A stretch of DNA of 63,913 bases, filler included, from Folioceros fuciformis (lineage: Eukaryota): NCBI GenBank assembly GCA_049999805.1. It is 5 parts of 5 records of this genome, joined end to end, with 100 filler letters (N's around TTAATTAATTAA, not from the genome) between each part and the next. Parts side by side here need not be neighbours in the genome. Positions count along the whole stretch, not along the records: positions 1 to 17,582 come from JBNGIO010006370.1; 4 more parts are not named here. The stretch is one strand, 5' to 3'. Positions 1 to 8,644 of the stretch are shown in pieces. A program made the translations under genes and the position numbers. Below the pieces are notes generated by a model. The model searched no databases. It was not told where the DNA came from and saw nothing but the letters and a program-made list of their open reading frames with translations. Every line of letters begins with the position of its first letter. The stretch's first letter is position 1.

Positions 1-1730
1 TTCAGTAAAAACTAATATAATATTTTTCATTGTGAATGAATGTCCAATTCAGCTTTTCATTCACATATAATGAAAATAGGGCATTATGTGCCGGTATATC
101 GGCTCACAATATCTTGCTCATGCGCCGGTCAACCGGTGCACTGTCACGCAACAATTGATTGGAAAGAAAGCTAGATACGCAAGTGTGACGATTTGAGTGA
201 AATGGCCTGAATAGGAAAACAAATAAATCAAACACTTAGGACTAAACATGAAATTGGACAAAACACAAACAACTTGATACCCGCTAGATTACTAAGTTCA
301 ATGATGGATTTGTATTTATGAACACCCGCAAATACATGATGTTTGTGCTGTGTTAATGCCGCATTAATGTGCATGTATCTGCACATTAATGCATTGCTGA
401 AAATAAATGCACATAAATGTGGATACATGACATGAATTTCAAATGTTCAAATCCGACAAAGCTCGAAATGGTGGAATCCGACCATTTTGATTAGATCTTG
501 TTTCATTGTAAAGTGTTCAAATGAACAGAGGCTGGTTGGAGCTTACTGGGGGAGTGATGTAGCTTTGGTAATCAAAGCAAACTTGATAGTGATGCTCTAA
601 AGAGAGCTTCATGATTGACATAGAAGTTTTTAGTCATTGAAAATATAGATAAGATTCATGAGTAAAGATTCATGAGAGAGTGAGAGAGGCTTGACCTCAA
701 AATTGAATAACAATTGAATGTGAGCCTTTTATGGGTAGACCATTATCATCACCCAAAAGAATGAATTGTTTGTTATCCTTAGGATAAAATGAAAAAAAAA
801 TATTTTCTGTGAAAACAAAAATAACTAACTAGTGGCACCAAAATCTAGAAACCATGTATCAAAAGAACTTTGTGCACACAACAAATAGCTACTAAGAATT
901 GCAGGTTGCTTACACTTGGATGTGGTGAGGTTGCTTTCTACAGGGGCAAGGTCTTTTTGATGCTTTTCATACTTCTTCTTTAGTCAATGATCCCTCTCTT
1001 AGTTTCTTAAAATTTTACACCCATTGCAGGTGAAAGTGATTTTCTTTTGGTTGATGGTGGCCCTTTGTTGACCCATAGAAGGAAAGCCTCTAATAGAACT
1101 TTCTCTATTCCATGAAAGCCTCTCATTCTCTTGAAGTAGGAAGAATTCTCCAATTTATTGAGTGTAGATCCTTAACACTTGTGAAAGTTACAAGTCCTTT
1201 CTTTAGCAAGCAACGCACTTGTAACTTCTTGAGTGTCACCTTGAAAGGTAATGCTTTTTTTTAGTGAAAACAAGAATTCACATTAAACCTTAGAGAGTAA
1301 CTTTCAAGAATATAAAGGAGGGAGACCAAGGCCTTGGAAGACCTCCTCTCAGAACAACAACTGAAACTTAGGGGAGAAAACCTTACTTCCCACCCAAAAT
1401 CTTTATTGACCTTTGTGGTTACCGCTTTAGAAGCTCTTCCAAGTAGTATCTGTCAAGTGCTATATTTATAGAGGCCATCTGCCCCTCGCTTATCACCTTG
1501 TATTCTTACTAATAGCATAAGCTGTCATAATCCGACTTTTTCTCCATGAAACAAAAAATCTTTACTAACCTAAACATATATGAACATCAACTTTATATTT
1601 GAACATCCCCTTCTAGAGTTGAGAACTAGGAAAGGCCCTATTTGAGGATTGAACCAACCAACATACCAAGCCTTGAGAGGTAATGTTGTTCCATAAATAG
1701 TACTAGCAGTCTAGACTGTTGTTGCATGAA

Positions 1731-2260
1731 TTATAGATTTTGATTTCCAACAAAATATTGATAACCCTTAGAAAGAGAGGCCAATAAACTTACAGCCACT
1801 TGGACCTTAGAAAGTGCAATATTGTATATGGCCAAATTGGCACCATCAATGCACAACTTGTTGATGTAGGCCTCAATTGGCTCACCTTCTTTCAACCTCA
1901 AGTTGAAGAATTCTTTGTAATGTATCAAGGACATTGCACTCTTATCCTTGTAGATAAGTTTGAAATCATTGCACACATTAGCTAAGGTGGTGACACCTAT
2001 AGTACGTGCAATAATATTGTTCTATGAAGAGATGAGATGAGAATAAATCTAGCTCTTCTATCCCTACTTTCCTAGGCTAGGAGATATCAATTGATCTAAG
2101 TGGTATAATCACCTCCTTGTTTGGGCCATCAACCAGCTGATCTAGGTGGTATAGTCACCTTGTCCGCACAATTAACTATAGAGATGTTCTCATTTTCTTT
2201 AAATATTTATATGAGACACAAGGACCAGATATGTTAGTCAATACCATTCAACCTGTCTAC
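1731..2260 (-). mobile_element. Degenerate Ty1/Copia gag remnant
   Basis: ORF 1731-1976 (EFFNLRLKEGEPIEAYINKL...VAVSLLASLSKGYQYFV) matches the gag signature of the intact Copia gags in this window. Flanks are broken by stops; boundaries are approximate. Confidence 0.7.
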
Positions 2261-2861
2261 ACTCAAAGAAAAACAAAAAAAAGACATTGAAGTTGTTTTT
2301 ATCTCGAGATTCTTCCAGGGTGGACAAGCCTGGTGGATGACTTGACTTGCTGATGACAATCAAGGAAGGGGTAGGAGAGAGGCTTCATGTAACGAGGCTG
2401 CAGTGGAAGAATCCCAAACTGAGTATCCAACAGAGTTTGCGAACAACGAGGACAAGTTATACTCGGTGTCTATCATAATTAGACTCCATAGCATCTTGCA
2501 GAGGTCTGACTAAGGAACTACAGATTGCTATTGCGTATGCTGAAGATGGATTCCACTGGAGGATGGATGGTGAGCATTGTCTTTCGCAGAAAAATCAGTG
2601 TAGACACAATCAAGGAGCTCATTATCGCCAGTCTCGTCTGCAGCAGCTGTAGCAGCCTTTTGAAAGGAGTTGTCCAGTAGGAGCTTTCCTTTATGCTGTC
2701 TGCTGGAAAGGTTTGAGGACCCGCCGTCCTCATGCTCCAACAGAAGTAGGCAGCGCGTCGATACGAGAATCCTCATCACCAGCTCGATGAAGTTGAGAAA
2801 TTTGGACATTGCATCGAACACAATATGGGTGGGCCAAATATTCAAAATACACATTCCATGA

Positions 2862-5800
2862 ATGTGCCCCCACTCTGATGGCCTCCTTGATGTGTTCTGT
2901 CTTTCCGATTTTGATCTGAAGCTGGATCGAAAAAACTTGCCCTCTAGAGAAGGGCACAGGCGTAGAGCTGGAAAAGCACCATGCAGCGCCAGAAATCAAA
3001 GGCGAGGCATGGTCGGTTGGGTAACGGTTGGTCTAGGAAGACCTGCAGCTCGCCTGCTTGCACCTTTGCCCAGCAAGCAAGCGGGGAGGTGGCCCACTCT
3101 TTGCATTCAGCTGGCCCGTCCAAGAGAAAGTGCAGCTCCTGCTCCTGCCCCTGCTGGACGCAGATACTCCAGGGAGAGTTGTCGTCAGGAGAAGCTGTGG
3201 ATACAATTTTTTCAGGACCCAACACTGTGGTGGGATTATAGGCAAACTAAGAGGAGCCAGGGTTCGCCTGACTTCCGGCACAGGCAGTCCCACGATGTCC
3301 TGTGGTTGAACGACTTTTACAAGCCAGGTTGGGTGGATGTGCCGATTGCTGACCTGGATCTGCATATGGGTATAGTGAAGGATCTATGTCATGAGGGCCA
3401 TCTCGCAGAAGCTGTTGAGGCTTTAGAGCTTTCGGTACACTCAGGGCATTGTATTTGCAAATCTGTGCTTTACTCAGTCCTGAAAAGATGTGTGGCGAAG
3501 AAGGATCTGGTTTTGGGTCGACGTGTCCACGCGTTGATCGTCATGGCTGGGTATCAGTCGGACACGTTCTTGGCCTTCCATATCCTGCGGATGTATGCTT
3601 ATCATGGCAGATTGGAAGAAGCGATGGATGTTTTTGTTCGGGTTGCTGAACCAGATACTTTCACATGGTCTGCCATAATCTCTGCGCATGTTAGACAAGG
3701 ACAAGACAAGCAGGCCATACATCTGTATCATGGAATGCGCAGATCCGGTGTGAAGGCAGATTGCCATGTCTTTGTGGCGGCTCTTCAGGCTTGTGGAAGG
3801 CAGTCAGACTTGAAAAGTGGGCAGCAAGTCCATGCGGATGTGCTGGCCAGTTGTGTAGAGCCTGATTTGTTTGTCTGGAACTCCCTGGTAAACTTGTATG
3901 CAAAGTGCGGCAGGTTGGAAGACGCTCGGGGAGTTTTTGATAGACTTGGTCAGAAAAATGTTGTGACGTGGACTGCTCTGATAGCAGGATATTCTCAGCA
4001 GGGCAAGGGGCAGGAAGCCCTTTCCCTCTACGGTGCTATGCAAGAAGAAGGCTTGGCGGTACCCAATTCTGTGACATTTGCGTGCCTCCTGCAGGCATGT
4101 GCGAGTGTGGGTCCTCCAGCACTGGATGAGGGGAGGCATCTGCATTCACAAATTAGAGAACGAGGACATCAGGCTGATTTGTTTGTTGCCAACAGCTTGA
4201 CGAACATGTACGCGAAGTGTGGCAGCCTGGAAGACGCACACAGCGTGTTTGATAGCCTTAGTCACAAGGATGTTGTGACGTGGAACACAATAATTGGGGG
4301 ATATGCCCAGCAAGATATGGGGCAGGAAGCCCTAAGTCTGTACAATGCTATGCAAGAAGACAGCCGCGTGGTACCGGATTCTGTGACATTCGTATCCCTG
4401 TTGCAGGCATGTGCAAGTGTGGGTGCACCGGCATTGATGCAGGGAAAGGAACTTCATACACAGATTACAGCATGTGGACTGCAAGCTGATGGATTTGTAT
4501 CCAATAGCATGGTGAACATGTATGCTAAGTGTGGCAGCTTGGACGAGGCGCAAAGAGTGTTTGACAGGCTTGAGCAGAAAAATGTGGTGACGTGGACTGC
4601 CATGATATCAGGGTATTCCCAGCGGGGCATGGGGCATGAATCCCTCCGGCTGTACAGTGATATGCAAGAAGCAGGCCATGCTGTCCCCAATTCAGTGACA
4701 TTCGTGTCTCTTTTGCAGGCATGTGCAAGTGTGGGCGCCCGGGCATTAGAAAAGGGGAAGCACCTCCATTGGCAAATTGGGGAACAAGGACATCAAGATG
4801 ATGAGTTGGTAGTCAACAGTTTGGTGAACATGTATGCAAAGTGTGGTAGTTTAAAAGATGCACAAAGGGTGTTTGATGCACTTGTTCGTAAGGATGTTGT
4901 GACGTGGAATGCTGTGATTGGAGGATATTCCAAGCAAGGTATGGGGCAGGAAGCCCTCCAGCTTTACAGTGTGATGCAAGAAGATGGCAAGTCTGTACCT
5001 GATGCCATAACATTCATGTGCCTGTTGCAGGCATGTGCACTTGTAGGCACCCCAGCATTGGAGAAGGGGAGGCAGCTTCATCGTGAGATCAGAGAACGAG
5101 GGCATCAAGCTGATGTGTTTGTAGTCAACAGTTTGATAAACATGTACGCTAAATGTGGCAGCTTGGAAGATGCACGCCTAGTGTTCGACAATTTGGGCCC
5201 AAAAAATGAAGTGACTTGGACTACCATGATAGCGGGATATTCCCAGCAGGGCATGGGCCACGAAGCCCTTTGTCTCTACAGCAGTATGCAAGAAGAATGC
5301 ATTGCTTCGCCTAATTCTGTGACATTGGTGTGCCTCCTCCAGGCATGTACAGGCGTGGGCACCCCAGCATTAGAGAAGGGGAAACAGCTTCATATGCAGG
5401 TGAGAGATCAAGGATTTGAAGGTGATGTATTTGTAGCCAGCAGTTTAATTAGCATGTATGCAAAGTGTGGCAGCCTGTCAGACGCCCAAGAAATCTTTGA
5501 TGGGCTTGACCAAAAAAGTGTGGTGACCTGGAATGCGATGATAGCAGGATATTCTCAGCAGGGCATGGGGCAGCAAGCTCTGCATCTTTACAGAGGTATG
5601 CTGGAAGGGGGAATGGCTGCACCAAGCCCCGTGACATTTGTGTGCCTCCTGCAGGCATGCGCAAACCTTGGCAACATAGCTTTGGATATTGGTAAGCAGC
5701 TGCACGCGCAAATTGTGGAACAAGGACATCAGGGTGACTTATTTGTAGCCAGCAGTTTGGTTAACATGTATGCGAAGTGTGGGTGTTTGGAGGATGCCCA

Positions 5801-7043
5801 AAAAGTGTTTGACCGACTTAAGAAAAAAGATGTGGTTACATGGAATGCGATGATAGCAGGATATTGTCAGCAGGACATGGGGCAGGAAGCCCTTCATCTT
5901 TACAAGGATATGAAAGAAGATGGCATTGTTAAACCTGATTCGGTGACATTCGCATGCCTCCTGCAGGCATGTGCAGGTGTGGGTACCCAGGCATTGGAGA
6001 TGGGGAAGCAACTTCATGATCAAATTAGAGAACAGGGATGCCAGAATGATGTGTTTGTAGCCAGCAGTTTGGTAGACATGTATGCCAAGTGTGGCAACTT
6101 GCTAGATGCTCAGAGAGTGTTCGATGGGCTTAGTCACAAGGACGTGGTGATGTGGAATGCCATCATAGCAGGATATTGCCAACAGGGCATGTGTCAAGAA
6201 GCCCTACGCCTCTTTAGTACTATGCAAGAAAATAGTACGGCTGTACCTGATTCTGTGACATTTGTGTGCGTCCTCCAGGGATGTGCACATCTGGCAGCTT
6301 TGTATCTAGGAAGGCAGCTGCATGCACAGATCTTCGCACAAGGGCTGCAAGCTGATGTGCTTGTAGCTGGAGGTTTGATCAACATGTACGGAAAGTCCGG
6401 GAGCATAGTGGATGCACAAGGAGTGTTTGATACAACGCCCGAGAAAACTATTGTCACCTGGAGTGCATTGATTGCGGGCTACACCAGTCAGGGAGACAGT
6501 GAAGGGGTCTTTGACTTGGTGGAGGGAATGAGGGAGGATGGCGTACACCCGGATGGCATTACATTTCTCAGCGTACTGACTGTGTGCAGTCATGCGGGTC
6601 TCGTGAACAAGGGGCTTGAGTATTTTGAAACCATGAGCAGAGACTATAGCATCACTCCCACAGAGGACCACTACACATGTATGATCGATCTCTTGGGTCG
6701 TGCAGGACACTTGGATGAGGCACTAGCTTTTGTACGTGCAATGGCTGTACCACCTAATGGTGCAGTTTGGCATGCTCTGTTGGGTGCTTGTCAAAAGTGG
6801 AGCAACTTGGAGCTGGGCCGCTATGCTTTCAATGAAGCAATCAAGCTTGATGATAAAGATACAGCAGCATACGTGTTGATGTCGAACATATACACCAGTG
6901 CCCAGATGTGGGAGCAAGCAGACAAGATGCAAGGATGCAGAAAAGCAATGAGGGCATGGAAGCAGCCAGGTGAGACCTGGTGGACAGACCAGAACGGGAC
7001 GATGTATAGTTTTGTGGCTGGGGACGCGAAGCATCTAAACTGA
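2862..7043 (+). CDS. PLS-class pentatricopeptide repeat protein (E1-E2 plus truncated WW-type PG box; organellar RNA-editing factor-like) with an N-terminal PDF motif
   Basis: Intronless 1393-aa ORF with about 32 PPR motifs (L-S, nine P-L-S triplets, P2-L2-S2), then E1 (GAVWHALLGAC), E2 (AAYVLMSNIY) and PG box KQPGETWW. It stops before any HxE/CxxC deaminase motif. The start may be ATG 2862 or ATG 3009 (Arg/Ala/Pro-rich, transit-peptide-like). Confidence 0.95.
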   Translation: MCPHSDGLLDVFCLSDFDLKLDRKNLPSREGHRRRAGKAPCSARNQRRGMVGWVTVGLGRPAARLLAPLPSKQAGRWPTLCIQLARPRESAAPAPAPAGRRYSRESCRQEKLWIQFFQDPTLWWDYRQTKRSQGSPDFRHRQSHDVLWLNDFYKPGWVDVPIADLDLHMGIVKDLCHEGHLAEAVEALELSVHSGHCICKSVLYSVLKRCVAKKDLVLGRRVHALIVMAGYQSDTFLAFHILRMYAYHGRLEEAMDVFVRVAEPDTFTWSAIISAHVRQGQDKQAIHLYHGMRRSGVKADCHVFVAALQACGRQSDLKSGQQVHADVLASCVEPDLFVWNSLVNLYAKCGRLEDARGVFDRLGQKNVVTWTALIAGYSQQGKGQEALSLYGAMQEEGLAVPNSVTFACLLQACASVGPPALDEGRHLHSQIRERGHQADLFVANSLTNMYAKCGSLEDAHSVFDSLSHKDVVTWNTIIGGYAQQDMGQEALSLYNAMQEDSRVVPDSVTFVSLLQACASVGAPALMQGKELHTQITACGLQADGFVSNSMVNMYAKCGSLDEAQRVFDRLEQKNVVTWTAMISGYSQRGMGHESLRLYSDMQEAGHAVPNSVTFVSLLQACASVGARALEKGKHLHWQIGEQGHQDDELVVNSLVNMYAKCGSLKDAQRVFDALVRKDVVTWNAVIGGYSKQGMGQEALQLYSVMQEDGKSVPDAITFMCLLQACALVGTPALEKGRQLHREIRERGHQADVFVVNSLINMYAKCGSLEDARLVFDNLGPKNEVTWTTMIAGYSQQGMGHEALCLYSSMQEECIASPNSVTLVCLLQACTGVGTPALEKGKQLHMQVRDQGFEGDVFVASSLISMYAKCGSLSDAQEIFDGLDQKSVVTWNAMIAGYSQQGMGQQALHLYRGMLEGGMAAPSPVTFVCLLQACANLGNIALDIGKQLHAQIVEQGHQGDLFVASSLVNMYAKCGCLEDAQKVFDRLKKKDVVTWNAMIAGYCQQDMGQEALHLYKDMKEDGIVKPDSVTFACLLQACAGVGTQALEMGKQLHDQIREQGCQNDVFVASSLVDMYAKCGNLLDAQRVFDGLSHKDVVMWNAIIAGYCQQGMCQEALRLFSTMQENSTAVPDSVTFVCVLQGCAHLAALYLGRQLHAQIFAQGLQADVLVAGGLINMYGKSGSIVDAQGVFDTTPEKTIVTWSALIAGYTSQGDSEGVFDLVEGMREDGVHPDGITFLSVLTVCSHAGLVNKGLEYFETMSRDYSITPTEDHYTCMIDLLGRAGHLDEALAFVRAMAVPPNGAVWHALLGACQKWSNLELGRYAFNEAIKLDDKDTAAYVLMSNIYTSAQMWEQADKMQGCRKAMRAWKQPGETWWTDQNGTMYSFVAGDAKHLN
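3195..3335 (+). other. PDF motif (OSB-family organellar ssDNA-binding motif) within the PPR ORF
   Basis: LWIQFFQDPTLWWDYRQTKRSQGSPDFRHRQSHDVLWLNDFYKPGWV fits the recalled OSB PDF pattern LW..FF..P..WWD.R..K.....PDF.H......LW. Confidence 0.85.
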
Positions 7044-7139
7044 GTCTACCATCAAACACACCTTGTTCAAAACGGAGACAGAAGAATATGTACCAGAGAC
7101 ACGCATACTGCTTTTGAAAGTTGGCGATCGTGTCAAAAC

Positions 7140-7420
7140 AGGCACCTGAAGACAATGGGCTGGCTCCTTACTCCTTAAGTGTTTACTTGCGAGTTGCAGC
7201 TTGATATTTGATTAGCATGCTGGATTTCTCGGGTAACGGCGAGCAAGTCAGAGCAGCTCTGTGAGATGTCTGCGAAGAACAGGCACCGGAACACAACGGG
7301 CTGGCTCCTTAGGCCTTAGGTGTTCATGTGCGAGTTGCAGCTTGATATTTGATTAGCATGCTGGATTTCTCGGGTAACGGCGAGCAAGTCAGAGCAGCTC
7401 TGTGAGCTGTCAGCGAAGAA
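7140..7420. repeat. Imperfect tandem direct repeat, about 140-bp unit x2
   Basis: gcgagttgcagcttgatatttgattagcatgctggatttctcgggtaacggcgagcaagtcagagcagctctgtgag occurs at about 7189 and 7329. Confidence 0.85.
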
Positions 7421-7841
7421 TGCCAAATGGTGTTCACATCTTACACCCAGCAAAGCATGAAAGACCAAAGGAGTGTGAAAGATGGTTGAATGTCCATGTT
7501 TCGGTAAGTGCGGAAATTGATTATTGGGGAGAGAACGCAAGGGGCCCAACACTAGGTGACATCACCAACCCCATCTCTCAGCCGGGGAGTCACAAGTGCG
7601 TTTTCACCACCTATCTCTCAGCCGGGGAGCCAAGAGTGCGTTTACACCAACTATGGGCTTCCCAGCCTGGTGTATGATTCAGCATACGCTTCGCAAGCAA
7701 ACATCTCAGTGGCATACTCTGTAGTCTGCGGATATGGAAAACCGTAAGGCCAACCTATCTTCTTGAAGTTCCAAATGGCGCATTTCGGCACTACAGTATG
7801 TGTCAGGTACTGCTCCCATAGGGATCAGCCTAGAGGTTGGA

Positions 7842-8548
7842 TGCCATGTTGAGCAGTTGAGCAGTTGAGCTCTACAAATGCAGGGGATGGAGTGAAGTCC
7901 ATCATGAAAATGGCGTCAATCTCTGTCAGATTGGATTTCTTGAGATCAGCTGCAGGGGTAAATGATCCAATCCTCTGAGTTGTGGCGACAGTTGTCAGTG
8001 CTCAGCTCCTGGCCCATGTACGTAAACTGAGGGAAAAGTGTACAACCCTGGCACTCCTTGGCATAATAGTTCACACCAAACTCCTAGGCATTCTACAAAG
8101 CCTACCTCTGGTCTTCCACCTCCAACCCTTGTGTGCCCAAATGCAGAAGGTGTGCCGAATCGCATATTAGGATGTTCTTTGTGCCATGTTGAGCAGTTGA
8201 GCAGTTGAGCTCTACAAATGCAGGGGATGGGGTGAAGTCCATCATGAAAATGGCGTCAATCTCTGTCAGATTGGATTTCTTGAGATCAGCTGCAGAGGTG
8301 AATGATCCAATCCTCTGAGTTGTGGCGACAGTTGTCAGTGCTCAGCTCCTGGTATCCTAAACCCTAAACCCTAAACCCATACGTAAACTGAGGGAAAAGT
8401 GTACAACCCTGGCTGGCACTCCTTGGCATAATAGTTCACACCAAACTCCTAGGCATTCTACAAAGCCTACCTCTGGTCTTCCACCGCCAACCCTTGTGTG
8501 CCCAAATGCAGAAGGTGTGCCGAATCGCATATTAGGATGTTCTTTGTG
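7842..8548. repeat. Tandem duplication, about 340-bp unit x2, downstream of the LecRK
   Basis: tgccatgttgagcagttgagcagttgagctctac...cgcatattaggatgttctttgtgc starts at about 7842 and again at about 8182. Confidence 0.9.
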
Positions 8549-8644
8549 CAACAAGACAAAAGCATATGTAGAATAGTGGGAAACGGCGCAAGGGAACGCT
8601 CAGCTTTCCAGCCAGGGTAACTCTCAGATTGATCCCATCGCTTC

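Noticed and set aside
2670-2861. LysM-like tail (LDIASNTIWVGQIFKIHIP) just upstream of the PPR ORF
   Set aside because: Only half of the motif is suggested and there is no convincing ORF; cannot be supported without a profile search.
2944-7155. Many short antisense or alternate-frame ORFs over the PPR gene (likewise over the LecRK, SABATH and pol regions)
   Set aside because: Shadow ORFs of long coding sequences with no independent motifs.
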